DNA from: a virus
Reading direction: 5' to 3' (one strand)
IMG/VR virus record: IMGVR_UViG_3300029267_004179
Coordinates: 1 to 64,000 of that record
Length of the DNA stretch: 64,000 nucleotides
Shown: piece after piece, positions 29,102 to 39,087 of the stretch
Layout: each line of letters starts with the position of its first letter
Position numbering within the stretch: the first letter of the stretch is position 1
Notes under the pieces: model-generated
Seen by the model: the letters and a program-made list of their open reading frames with translations, nothing else
The model's database searches: none
Told to the model about the DNA's origin: nothing
Translations under genes and position numbers: made by a program

Positions 29102-29228
29102 AGTTGTTCTCAATGAAGGGGTTTGCCCCGGTTGTAAACGAAAGATAATTTGGATGTATGTATTACCTGATTTTTGTCCACATTGCAATAGAAAAATAAA
29201 GATAAAGGGGAAAGTAGATGTCAAGTAA
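29091..29228 (+). CDS. 45-aa Zn-ribbon ORF overlapping both neighbours
   Basis: CPGC...CPHC. Confidence 0.5.
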   Translation: MKDRVVLNEGVCPGCKRKIIWMYVLPDFCPHCNRKIKIKGKVDVK

Positions 29229-29901
29229 TTGCGTCTTGCCGACAACTCCAACAATGGAAACACCTCCTTTTCAGCTTGAATGGAAAGCCGGTGTTAGAAG
29301 TGGACTTGCTTTCATTTCAACAAGTTCTTTTTCGGTAACTCATCAAGCCGGTGTGACCGATGAAATGTATACTGCTGGTAGACCTATAAGATACCGGCAA
29401 ACAGGAGCATGGCGTTATGGAATCATCACCTCATATGCCGCCGGAACCGTTGTTATTAGTGGGGCTTCTCTTGTTGATCTACCAGGATTGACAGAACTGC
29501 AATATGGACCTACCCAAAAAGTTTTACAAATCAACTTTGCGGTAGGCGGTAACTTTGCTGCGGTAGCTACAAACCAGATCATTGAGGACTATTTGAACAC
29601 TTACTTCCGGTGGGGGATGGCTACTTCATATTGTGTTCGGATAAGCACAAGGGTTACACAGATTGATACCGGTGGTCTTCAACCGAATGTCAATTTTAGG
29701 ATTGCTGGTAGTAATGTCGGTTCGGCAAATGCCGGTGCTGGCCTGGATGTAGCTTTGACTTGGGTAGATACAGTTGTGGATTTAACAGTAGCAAATATGG
29801 AAGTGAGCTTTGATGATGCTATCGAGATTACTACCGATGCTTCTGGAGGCAACAATGATGCTTCCGATCTAACATTAGTGGCTACCTTTGTGATGGTATA
29901 A
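29218..29901 (+). CDS. Paralog of the C-terminal ~215 aa of the 24537 fibre
   Basis: ISxxSFSV, GRPIxYR, W.YGI.T.Y.AGT...GAS, FAVxGxFA.A, YF.W....SYCV.IS, FxDxIEI shared. Confidence 0.85.
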   Translation: MSSNCVLPTTPTMETPPFQLEWKAGVRSGLAFISTSSFSVTHQAGVTDEMYTAGRPIRYRQTGAWRYGIITSYAAGTVVISGASLVDLPGLTELQYGPTQKVLQINFAVGGNFAAVATNQIIEDYLNTYFRWGMATSYCVRISTRVTQIDTGGLQPNVNFRIAGSNVGSANAGAGLDVALTWVDTVVDLTVANMEVSFDDAIEITTDASGGNNDASDLTLVATFVMV

Positions 29902-29902
29902 A

Positions 29903-31936
29903 ATGACAATTCTTGCTAACATACATAATGTTTCTGATCAAAATATATCTGTAGCAGAGCATACAACGAAGCTACTCTGCCCGTTTGACGGATCGTTTAA
30001 TGATATTTCCGATTTTTTTGTTGAACCTGTTCTTATCGGTGGAACTACTCCTACTATCAGCAATGCTCAATTAAAAATTATCGATTCTTCTTATGCTGCT
30101 TCATTCACCGGAACAAACAATGAGTATATTGACTACGGTGATCTTGAACAGTATGAAATGAGAACAAAGGACTTTTGTATTGATTTTTGGATGTATGCAC
30201 CTGCTCAACCGAATAATCCTTGTGGGGTAGCAAGTAAAATATCAGGCGGTTTTGTCGGATGGTTGGTCCAGATTAATGGCGGTTTCGTAAGACTTTATGC
30301 TTCAGGTGGAGTTATCGATATTTCCGATCCGGTAGCACATTCAATAAATACGTGGGTCCACTATGCCCTTAATCGTCAACGGGTAGCTGCTGCTTCAACA
30401 AGGGTAAGTATTTTTAGAGATGGGAAAAGAGTTGTGACAGGTTTGACTGGTGCTGTTGCTGATATTGATGCTCCCGGCGGTGTAGCAATGGAGATAGGCC
30501 GTCAAGGTGGTTGGGCGGCAAGGACTTTTTCAGGATACATTCAAAACTTCAGATTAAGGGTAGGTCACCATGGATGGACAAATAATTTTCATCCACCGGA
30601 TAGGTATTATAGAAGGAAAACAGAAGGGACAAAACTTTTAATCCACTCCCATAATCAACCTAATAATTCACTCCATATTATGGATAGTTCTTGTCAGGGA
30701 AATGCCGGCGCTGGTCATATTATAAACCGGCTTGCTGCTACAGTAGAACATTCAACTGCTCAAGCTGTTTTTGATATTAGTTCTGTTTACTTTAACGGTA
30801 CCGGTGCGATGGACTTTCCTGATAGTAATGATTGGGATTTTGGCAGTGGTGATTTTACCATCGAAGCATGGGTTTATGATATTTCCCTTGTGGGTCAGAC
30901 TATTATCTTTGAGCATTATCTTGCACCCAATGGGTGGGCTTTTTATCTGAATGCCGGGAATTTAAGATTTTGGGATAGTGTTAATGGGGTGGTTTTAAAC
31001 ACACCGGGAATTGTGATTAATACTTGGCATCATGTGGTAGTTTGCAAGGTAGGTGCGTTTATTTCTTTATATATCGATGGTACATATTTGGCTGGGACTG
31101 CTGCACCGGGTGCTACCGGTACTCCTGCCGGTGCAAGAAACCTTGATTTTGGATCAAGACAAAACGCTTCTCAGTGGTTTACCGGATATATAGACCAAGC
31201 AAGAATAATCAAGGGGCAAGGAGTCTATCCTTCAGGTGTAAATTTTACAATTCCGAATACTTCTTTCATTGAAGTGAATACAAATGGGAATGATACAAAC
31301 ACCGAACTTTTAATCCAAAGCAACACAACAAATGGTAGTACTGTTTTTGATGATAATTCAATATCCCCCACTAATCATACTATAGTTGCAAACGGCACAG
31401 CAATTCATTCAACAGCCATTGCTTCTCCGCTAAATCAAAGTTCAGTAATTGATTTTAATACCGGGGCAGGATATTTATCTTGTGGACATCATGTCAATTT
31501 TGCTTTACTTGAAAATGAATGGTGTGTTGACTTCTGGATTTATCCTACAGTAGTTGCCGGTAATTGGGCAGTCATAGAACAGTTGACCGGTGGCATTTCT
31601 CCCGGTTGGACTATATGGCAACAAAACACAAATCTTATTTTTCTATCAGGTGGGGCAAACAGATTAACCGGCACAAACATTTTAACTTTGAATAATTGGC
31701 ATCACATAGCTTTGACTTTGTTTCGAGGCCAATTACAGTTTTGGAGGGATGGTACGATATTTACACCGAAAGCACCTATCACACTGATAGCTGAATCAAA
31801 CGGAGCCGATCAGTTAAATATCGGTAGTAGATCAGGTGGAGCGCCATTTACCGGGTATATGGCTGAAGTAAGGTTATCACGAAACGTAAGGCGATTTATT
31901 TATGAGGGGGCGGCACCTGTTAGGCCGTATTACTAA
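29903..31936 (+). CDS. LamG-like lectin-domain protein (3 domains)
   Basis: DFCIDFW, DFTIEAW, WCVDFW, each followed by W.H and GY(I/M) motifs. Confidence 0.85.
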   Translation: MTILANIHNVSDQNISVAEHTTKLLCPFDGSFNDISDFFVEPVLIGGTTPTISNAQLKIIDSSYAASFTGTNNEYIDYGDLEQYEMRTKDFCIDFWMYAPAQPNNPCGVASKISGGFVGWLVQINGGFVRLYASGGVIDISDPVAHSINTWVHYALNRQRVAAASTRVSIFRDGKRVVTGLTGAVADIDAPGGVAMEIGRQGGWAARTFSGYIQNFRLRVGHHGWTNNFHPPDRYYRRKTEGTKLLIHSHNQPNNSLHIMDSSCQGNAGAGHIINRLAATVEHSTAQAVFDISSVYFNGTGAMDFPDSNDWDFGSGDFTIEAWVYDISLVGQTIIFEHYLAPNGWAFYLNAGNLRFWDSVNGVVLNTPGIVINTWHHVVVCKVGAFISLYIDGTYLAGTAAPGATGTPAGARNLDFGSRQNASQWFTGYIDQARIIKGQGVYPSGVNFTIPNTSFIEVNTNGNDTNTELLIQSNTTNGSTVFDDNSISPTNHTIVANGTAIHSTAIASPLNQSSVIDFNTGAGYLSCGHHVNFALLENEWCVDFWIYPTVVAGNWAVIEQLTGGISPGWTIWQQNTNLIFLSGGANRLTGTNILTLNNWHHIALTLFRGQLQFWRDGTIFTPKAPITLIAESNGADQLNIGSRSGGAPFTGYMAEVRLSRNVRRFIYEGAAPVRPYY

Positions 31937-32125
31937 TGGAAAAGACAAAAGTATTGATAGAAAAAGAAGTGTTGATGATGCTCATTATTGCGCTTAATTG
32001 GGAGCTTGATCCTACTTTCATGCATGAAGTGCGTGGAAAGTCTTTAAAGCTTGGTGTGAGAATACTTGGGGATAGCTCTAAAATGTTTGAATATGGCAGG
32101 GACAGGGACTGGCTTTAAAAATAGC

Positions 32126-32154
32126 TTTATTAGTTGGGAAATATCTTATATAAT
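32126..32154 (+). promoter_or_regulatory. Possible sigma70-like promoter
   Basis: TTTATT-N17-TATAAT in an intergenic gap. Confidence 0.4.
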
Positions 32155-32206
32155 AAGTGGAAAGTATCGGGAATAAACTTTTAACCTTAACGATGGAGGG
32201 TAGAAA

Positions 32207-32812
32207 ATGACTATAGGAATGATTAATCAGGATATTTTCAACATGGCGTCTTTTATGGAAAGTCTTGGGGAAGTAAAAGGCTCTGGAAAATTCAACTATG
32301 CATGTATTAAGAATAGAAGGAAGATTCAACAGGAACTTCGTGATATTCAAAGGGTCGCAAGAGAAATTCAAATGAACGAAGAGTATCTTGCCTTTGAAGA
32401 AAAAAGGGTAAAACTTTTCAATTATTATGCCAAAAAAAATCAGGATGGAAGTCCTATAGTTAATATTGAAAATGGTAGACAGGTCTGGGACATCCCGAAA
32501 GAAAAAGAAAAAGCATTTGAAAAGGCAAGGGATGAGCTACTTGAAAATAACAAGGTGGTGATGGAAATGCACACCAACTGTCAGCGTAAGGTTCAGGACT
32601 TTTTGAATGAGCCTCTTGAACTTGAACTACATAAGATTCGGCCGGATGATATCCCTGATGGTTTAACGGTAAATCAAACAGATGTGATCTACCTTTTTGT
32701 CGATGAAGATAAGGGTAGATGCCCTTACTGTAAAAGGGTATATGCAAAGAATGTAAAATGCCATTCTGCTGGCGCTTCTGCCAAGGGCAACGCTATGTGT
32801 GGTGGCGGTTGA
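32207..32812 (+). CDS. DUF1617-like helical protein (possible fibre chaperone)
   Basis: KFNYACIKN...YAKKNQDGSP pattern; RBS GGAGG. Confidence 0.55.
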   Translation: MTIGMINQDIFNMASFMESLGEVKGSGKFNYACIKNRRKIQQELRDIQRVAREIQMNEEYLAFEEKRVKLFNYYAKKNQDGSPIVNIENGRQVWDIPKEKEKAFEKARDELLENNKVVMEMHTNCQRKVQDFLNEPLELELHKIRPDDIPDGLTVNQTDVIYLFVDEDKGRCPYCKRVYAKNVKCHSAGASAKGNAMCGGG

Positions 32813-32844
32813 AAACTAACAAAAAATAATCGGGGTGAATAACC

Positions 32845-35349
32845 ATGTCTATTATTACAAGCTATCCATTTTCAAATGGTTCTGAATATACTTTTCCTAA
32901 TTCGATAGAGGTGACTGGAGGTAAAGCCCAGCTTGTACTTATAGATAATGCAGGGCAAGTTTTTAATCAACCATTTGATAGCCCAACTGGGTTTACTTTG
33001 GATAGTTCGAAAGCAGAGGTTGTTAATGGTGGGGTATGGCAAAAAGACCAACGACCCGATGCTGGCTTTAGCTTCCGGGCTACCTATAAAAGTTCTATCG
33101 ATGCGGACGTGGGTGACGGCGTGTTGACCGGAACTGGAGTAGGTGGCCCGGTTATAACCGATGGCAAGCTTAATTTGTCAGGAGGGGCAGTTCCTAAATA
33201 TGTTGATTATGATGCTACCTTGAATGCGGATAGTGACCCTTCATTCCAATCCGGTTGTGTAAGGTTCAATGTTACTCCTGATTATACAGGTAGTCCTGCC
33301 GATATTCAGGCGTTCTTTTATATTGCAAACACAGCCGGTTCAAATAATAATGCTGTTGGTTTCTTCCATAGTAATGATGGAAATATTTATTATTCAATTA
33401 GAGATAATGCTGGAGTTTTTATATTTGGAAATATTCTTTTAGGTGCTTGGGCACCCACCTCTGGCGTTGAGTATGAAATGGAGTTCAATTGGTCTATCCA
33501 TCCGACTATTCCAGCACAAACGGAAGTGCGACTTTTTATTGATGGTATTCAATTTGGAGCTACCGGTACTGCTGCTATAGGAACACGTGATACAAACATG
33601 ACCCTTTTACGGATTGGAAATGGTCCGTTGGGTGCTTGGAATACAGATTGTTTTATACGGGATTTTGTTTATTTTCCGGCAGTACAACATGATTCTAATT
33701 ATACTCCTAAGAATAAACATAATGCAAATACACTTACTGCCACCTATACCACCAATGAGGATGGTGTTTATGGCGATGGTGTTCTAACAGGGACTTTAAA
33801 TGGAGCTGCTGCCGTGGTAGGTAATCGTCTTGATCTTACCGGCATGGTTCAAACGGATTATTGTGATTATACTGCCGTTGGAAATGCAGATAGTCAACAA
33901 AGAGGTTGTATCCGATTTAAATTAACGCCGAATTATTCCGGTAGTCCTGCTCAAGACCAATGCTTTTTCAGAATATACGAATTACCAGCTTTTGATGATA
34001 ATGGAATTTGGATTCGTCATCTTGCTGCCGGGAATTTGCATATTAGGATAGAAAATTCAACCGGGGCAAATATAGTCAATAATAATCAAGGTGTTTGGAA
34101 TCCTGTTTCTGGTACTACGTATGAGTTTGAACTTAATTTTGATGTGACTCTTGGCAGAACTCAACTCTTCATTGATGGTGTTCAGTTTGGGGCTACACGA
34201 GCCAATGTAGGAGTAAGGGATCAAGCTACAACCACCGGTTTGAGAATTGGGAATGATGAAGCTTTAGGATATTGGTCTGATTATTACATTGAAGACTTTC
34301 AGTATTTTTATTCACCACAACATATAAAAGACTATACTCCTGCTGTGGCTGCTTTACCTGAGCTTCTTTATGCTGAGTCACTTATACAGCTACCATCATT
34401 TACCTATACAGGACTTGGGGCAATTCAGAACTTTTCAGATATGACATCTACCGAGATTGCAACCCCAAGATATAATTTCAACGGATTTTATTGGAATGGT
34501 TCTGCTTGGGTTTCTTCTAATGGGACTTATGCACAATCAAACGATATTGCTACAATGGCTGCAAATATTTCTTCATTGCCGGGGACTGATACTCCCGTTT
34601 TAAAAATTATTTTTCCTGATGGCAATATATTAAATTCGGTTTCCGATTTAAATCTTGAATATACCGGACAAATATTTTCAACTTCAAATCCAAAAATATA
34701 CCCTAATGAGCTTTTAAATGCAGAAGGGCTTGTTGATTTTGCCGCTACCATAACTGCTGCCGGCGCTGATGATGTTCGATTCACTATATCTGTTGATGGG
34801 GTAGAAATGTGGTGGGCCGGTGCTGCTTGGGCTGCATCAACCGGTTATGCCGATACAAACGATGCCGCAACTATCCTTGCCAATGCAGCCTCTTTTACTC
34901 TTTTGATTGCTGCTGGCGCTCAAATAAGACCGGTTGTTCATCTACATAGTAATGCCGGGGATACAACTCCTGATATTGATCTGCTCACAATCGAATTTGA
35001 TTTTTTGAATCCTCCTGATCCTGATCCGTTGAAGTGCATGATTTCCGGTTATGCTATCGATGCCGGCGGCAATGTCTGTCCGAATGCTGCGTTGGTCTTC
35101 ACACCTTCTGATAGTGGCGTTTTGGATACCAAAAATTACTTTATTACGAAGGATGGGATTAATAATGCAGCTGATGTAAACGGGTATTTTGAGCAGGAAA
35201 TTATTCGACAAGCCGAGTATTATCCAGATGGGATAACAATTAATGTCAGTATAAAACCTACTGGTGGGACAAACCATATAATTGAAAATCTTGTAATTCC
35301 TGATCAAGGAGCGATTGACTTTAATGAGCTTGTCAAAGCAAACAGTTAA
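32845..35349 (+). CDS. Virion protein with two LamG-like repeats
   Basis: Duplicated GDGVLTGT...GC.RF..TP.Y.GSPA...W.P.SG..YE.E.N...LFIDG.QFGAT. Confidence 0.8.
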   Translation: MSIITSYPFSNGSEYTFPNSIEVTGGKAQLVLIDNAGQVFNQPFDSPTGFTLDSSKAEVVNGGVWQKDQRPDAGFSFRATYKSSIDADVGDGVLTGTGVGGPVITDGKLNLSGGAVPKYVDYDATLNADSDPSFQSGCVRFNVTPDYTGSPADIQAFFYIANTAGSNNNAVGFFHSNDGNIYYSIRDNAGVFIFGNILLGAWAPTSGVEYEMEFNWSIHPTIPAQTEVRLFIDGIQFGATGTAAIGTRDTNMTLLRIGNGPLGAWNTDCFIRDFVYFPAVQHDSNYTPKNKHNANTLTATYTTNEDGVYGDGVLTGTLNGAAAVVGNRLDLTGMVQTDYCDYTAVGNADSQQRGCIRFKLTPNYSGSPAQDQCFFRIYELPAFDDNGIWIRHLAAGNLHIRIENSTGANIVNNNQGVWNPVSGTTYEFELNFDVTLGRTQLFIDGVQFGATRANVGVRDQATTTGLRIGNDEALGYWSDYYIEDFQYFYSPQHIKDYTPAVAALPELLYAESLIQLPSFTYTGLGAIQNFSDMTSTEIATPRYNFNGFYWNGSAWVSSNGTYAQSNDIATMAANISSLPGTDTPVLKIIFPDGNILNSVSDLNLEYTGQIFSTSNPKIYPNELLNAEGLVDFAATITAAGADDVRFTISVDGVEMWWAGAAWAASTGYADTNDAATILANAASFTLLIAAGAQIRPVVHLHSNAGDTTPDIDLLTIEFDFLNPPDPDPLKCMISGYAIDAGGNVCPNAALVFTPSDSGVLDTKNYFITKDGINNAADVNGYFEQEIIRQAEYYPDGITINVSIKPTGGTNHIIENLVIPDQGAIDFNELVKANS

Positions 35350-35358
35350 GGTGAGGCC

Positions 35359-35880
35359 ATGGCGATTATAGTTGAAGATGGAACAGTAGTAGCAGGAGCA
35401 AATTCATATGTGGATATTCCTTATGTTGATGTTTACACTAACGATCTTGGACTATCATGGACCGGTTCTGCCACCGATAAGGAAAGAGCAATAAAAAGAG
35501 GGATGAGATACCTTGAAGGACTTGTTTGGGAAGGGACAAAAACAAATAGGGACAATCCTCTTGAATGGCCGAGATATGATGTCACCGATAAGAATGGATA
35601 TTGCATTGATAGTGATGTTGTTCCTGAAGTAGTTAAAAAAGCACTTTGTGAAGCATCGGTTCTTGAGCTTGCAACTCCTGGAATCCTCCAGCCGAACATG
35701 GGTAGTGCTGATGGGAAAGAGATTAAACGGGAAAAGGTAGATGTCCTTGAAACAGAATATTTTGAAGGTCAAAAATATGGAAAAAAGGAGACTACTCAGT
35801 TCACGATCATTTTAGACTTGTTAACTGGCTTGCTTTCAAATGAATTTTCCGGTGCTTTTTTTGATGTTGTAAGGACATAG
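35359..35880 (+). CDS. Head-tail adaptor (DnaT-like/DnaT_2 phage family)
   Basis: MAIIVEDGT...ANSYV; LEWPR; VP..VK.A.CE; KREKVDVLETEY. Confidence 0.85.
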   Translation: MAIIVEDGTVVAGANSYVDIPYVDVYTNDLGLSWTGSATDKERAIKRGMRYLEGLVWEGTKTNRDNPLEWPRYDVTDKNGYCIDSDVVPEVVKKALCEASVLELATPGILQPNMGSADGKEIKREKVDVLETEYFEGQKYGKKETTQFTIILDLLTGLLSNEFSGAFFDVVRT

Positions 35881-35884
35881 TAAA

Positions 35885-36490
35885 ATGGCCGACTATACAA
35901 GACAAGTTCAAGGTGCCTATGATCTGATCAAAAGAAAGGGTCTCTTGATAGCTGTGAGAAGATATACAGCTTCAACTGGTGGTACTTATAATCCGATCAT
36001 AGATGAGAAGGTAATTTATGAGGCTGAACTTAACGGGGCCGTAGGGATTGGTGATCTTGCTTTAACAATTCAAAATCAAACCGGTGTCTTCCCTGCTACC
36101 GGTGGGGAAATACAAATAGATAATGAGCAGATTAGCTATACAGCTGCTGCTGGAAATGTCTTGGCCGGATTGACAAGAGGAATTAATGGGACTTCTCCTG
36201 CTGCTCATTTAGACTTAGCAAAGGTTTATCTAATTCAAGCAAGGGATATTTATTCTGATTATTCTACATATGCTGTTTTAACAAATTATGAAGACAGGCA
36301 TATAGATGGTACTTTAATTCAGGAAGGGGATTTAAAGGCTTTGATTTCTCCTTTCAATTTGGCTGTTGTTATCAAGGTGACTGATAAGTTGGTTGTGGAT
36401 GGGATTGTATGGAATATTGTCCGTGTTCCAAAAGTAGCACCGGCAGGAATGTCTCAAGTTGTGTTATATAAACTTCAGATTAGATCATAG
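35885..36490 (+). CDS. Head closure/stopper protein with inserted domain
   Basis: GTYNP; IDGTLIQEGDLK; VAPAG...LYKLQIR. Confidence 0.75.
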   Translation: MADYTRQVQGAYDLIKRKGLLIAVRRYTASTGGTYNPIIDEKVIYEAELNGAVGIGDLALTIQNQTGVFPATGGEIQIDNEQISYTAAAGNVLAGLTRGINGTSPAAHLDLAKVYLIQARDIYSDYSTYAVLTNYEDRHIDGTLIQEGDLKALISPFNLAVVIKVTDKLVVDGIVWNIVRVPKVAPAGMSQVVLYKLQIRS

Positions 36491-36496
36491 AGTTTG

Positions 36497-36573
36497 TTTC
36501 ATTTAAGATTCTACACCTATAAAATAAAAAACTAATACCTATATATAGGGTAAAAATTTTATAGGCCTTAAAA
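36497..36573 (+). repeat. Dispersed element, copy 3
   Basis: TTTCATTTAAGATTCTA...AAACTAATA...TATAGGGTAAAAATTTTATAGGCCTTAAAA. Confidence 0.97.
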
Positions 36574-36585
36574 GGGGAATAAGAA

Positions 36586-37077
36586 GTGATTGACCCAAAG
36601 TTAAAAGGTAGAATTACAAGAAATGCAAATCGGTTTTCAAGAAACCTTGAATTGATGGCTTCCTTTGCAGAAAACAATGTGGAGCAAATCATCAGGAAGT
36701 CAGTTATTGATTTATTCGGAAAACTTGTAGAAAGAACACCTGTCGATACCGGTCATGCAAGAGCAAATTGGAATATTGACACCAAATTTGATCCTTCTTT
36801 GGTTACAAGAGTAGTTGCGTCAGATGTAAGAAAGTCAAGAAAAGCAGGAGCGGCAGGTAAATCAAACGAAGTAAAGTCAATTACAGCACAAAAGGCAAGA
36901 GAATTTGAATACAATATCGTGGATCAGGTTATAGTTATTTATAACAATGTCCCTTATATTGAAGCGTTGGAAAACGGCCATAGTAAACAAGCAGCGCAGG
37001 GATTTATAGCAATGACAGTAAAGGAGTTTTCAGATCAGTTTTCAGCGAATGCAAGGCAACTTGCAGGGGAAATATAA
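36586..37077 (+). CDS. HK97 gp10-like tail completion protein
   Basis: TPVDTGHARANW; IYNNVPYI..LE.GHSKQA..G. Confidence 0.88.
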   Translation: MIDPKLKGRITRNANRFSRNLELMASFAENNVEQIIRKSVIDLFGKLVERTPVDTGHARANWNIDTKFDPSLVTRVVASDVRKSRKAGAAGKSNEVKSITAQKAREFEYNIVDQVIVIYNNVPYIEALENGHSKQAAQGFIAMTVKEFSDQFSANARQLAGEI

Positions 37078-37512
37078 ATGAATGTAGAAGATATCAGGGA
37101 AGCTTTCAATGGGTTTTTGAATGCGAATTGGACTAAAACTCCTATAGCATGGCCGAATAGGGATTTTGATATTGAAACTGATTCAAATTCAAAGGGGGAA
37201 TTCATCAGGGCTTTTACAAGACTTGGCAACGCCTATATCGGGGAGATAGGTGAGCGTACTACCGGAGCAGTCGGACATAGGTCAGGAATCTTTATGGTTT
37301 CTGTTTATGTTTTAAAGAATACGGGAACAAAGGTTGCTCTTGGATATGCTAAAGATTTGGAGGACTTGTTTAGAAGGGAAGACTTGAATCTTGTAGTAAA
37401 TGATAACTGCGGTTGTATCATAGATGAACCATACACTTATGAGATGGGGCCGGATGATCAGCACTACGGGGTTATGGTGGTTGTTCCTTTCAGCACGTTC
37501 ACTGGCGATTAA
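37078..37512 (+). CDS. Tail terminator protein
   Basis: TPIAWPN.DF; G...VSVYV....G; position before tail tube. Confidence 0.75.
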   Translation: MNVEDIREAFNGFLNANWTKTPIAWPNRDFDIETDSNSKGEFIRAFTRLGNAYIGEIGERTTGAVGHRSGIFMVSVYVLKNTGTKVALGYAKDLEDLFRREDLNLVVNDNCGCIIDEPYTYEMGPDDQHYGVMVVVPFSTFTGD

Positions 37513-37545
37513 CTTTTAACCTATTCTACCCATAGGAGGTACATT

Positions 37546-38940
37546 ATGGCTTCTTGTTCAGACATCGGAATTAGCAGGAAAAAGAAGGTGTTTGCCGTAA
37601 TTGAGAGTACTTGCGGCACACTTGAATTTCCGGCTACTACAGATGCGGTAATCCCTGCCGGTGATGCGATGATAAATCAAGTCCCGGCATTTGTTAACAG
37701 CGAAGAAATTGTTGACAGCCTTGATATTATGGATCAATTCCAGTCTGCAAATCCGCCCGGTACGTGGGAGGTTCCTATGTACTTGAGGCCGGATGCTACT
37801 CTTGGCAATGATCCACAAGGGGATGCCTTTTTTCAATCAATGCAGGGGAGTAAGAACCCTGCAACTACTTGTGCTGTTGATGATGTGGCTGGTGTTGCTA
37901 TCCCGGATACCACCATTGACTTTGACACATTGGCTGGTGGCAACCTGCCCGAAAGGGGAGTTATCACTCTTGGTGCTGAAAACATCCACTATACCGGTAT
38001 CACTTGGACTTCTTCTACTGCTGGAACCATTACTGGATGTACGAGAGGATATAACGGCACCGTGGCTGCGGCCCATCTCGATGGTGCTGCTATTACCCTT
38101 TCATCTGTTTTCTATAAACAAACCACCGATCCACCTGCATTTTCCTTGTGGATTGAATCAGATCATTTTATTCAGGGGCTTTCCGGTGCTACCGTTAACA
38201 CTGCCACACTTGCTATCTCAAATGAAGGTGCTACTATGATTACCTTTTCCGGTGAAGGTATGCAAATGGTATGGGCCGGTACGGATGAGCTTGCTGCAAA
38301 TGCTCTTGCTGCCCAAGCAGATATCGTTGTTGTCGAATCGAAGAAATATTCTCCAGGAGCAAGAATTTACAACTATACTACCGGTGATGATAATGCCGGT
38401 GCTGGCTTTGAAATTCTTTCCATCGACTATACCACCGATACCATCACCATGGGAACAAATGTTCCTGTTGGTGGTTGGACCCTTGCTGATGTTATTAAGG
38501 GTTTTCTACCTGCAGTTACGGAAGTTGGAAGTCCTATTGAATCAAGGTATACCGCAATTGACCTTGACGGTGTTGCCGGTGTTCTGCGGACAACCGACTT
38601 CAACTACTCTGTCCCGAAGCAGTATATCACTGATGAAGTGGGTATCACCTTTCCGCAGTCCTTTGTGCCGGATACACGGGATATAACTTCTTCAATGAAT
38701 ATCTACTTCAGACAGGCCGATGCCGCATATTTTTATGATGGCTTTCAGGGGAATGAAAAGGCTGTCGGGATTGCTTTTGGTGAGCAGACCGGCACCAATC
38801 GGCATTTTGACTTTTATCATCCAAGAGTCAAAATTCAAACCCCTGAAGTCTCTTCTGATGGACCTACCTTGGTGTTGACTATGGGTATGACTGCCCTTGG
38901 CACCAATGGTGAAGATTCTTTAGAGATTGGTGTTCATTAA
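37546..38940 (+). CDS. Major tail tube protein with inserted accessory domains
   Basis: VFAV.E.T.G; PAFSLW; F..PRVK; position before chaperone and TMP. Confidence 0.8.
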   Translation: MASCSDIGISRKKKVFAVIESTCGTLEFPATTDAVIPAGDAMINQVPAFVNSEEIVDSLDIMDQFQSANPPGTWEVPMYLRPDATLGNDPQGDAFFQSMQGSKNPATTCAVDDVAGVAIPDTTIDFDTLAGGNLPERGVITLGAENIHYTGITWTSSTAGTITGCTRGYNGTVAAAHLDGAAITLSSVFYKQTTDPPAFSLWIESDHFIQGLSGATVNTATLAISNEGATMITFSGEGMQMVWAGTDELAANALAAQADIVVVESKKYSPGARIYNYTTGDDNAGAGFEILSIDYTTDTITMGTNVPVGGWTLADVIKGFLPAVTEVGSPIESRYTAIDLDGVAGVLRTTDFNYSVPKQYITDEVGITFPQSFVPDTRDITSSMNIYFRQADAAYFYDGFQGNEKAVGIAFGEQTGTNRHFDFYHPRVKIQTPEVSSDGPTLVLTMGMTALGTNGEDSLEIGVH

Positions 38941-38985
38941 TCGTTGGTCCTACACTACCCTCTATGTTTAGGACAAGGTAGTTCT

Positions 38986-39065
38986 TGATGGTGGATAGGC
39001 TTGATATCAGCTGATAAAGCAGGGCTTCCCGACCTGCTTTCCACCATTATCTTTATTAATCGGGA
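38986..39065 (+). promoter_or_regulatory. Structured leader/pseudoknot before the tail chaperone
   Basis: Stems 38986-95/39040-49 and 39016-23/39033-40; loop TCCCGA complementary to TCGGGA at 39060-65. Confidence 0.55.
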
Positions 39066-39087
39066 CAGCAAAAAAGGAGAACGGGAA

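Noticed and set aside
32700-32830. Possible extra frameshifted Cys-rich mini-gene at the end of ORF 32207
   Set aside because: An alternative frame reads plausibly (GICKECKMPFCWRFC), but start and frame are ambiguous; insufficient support.
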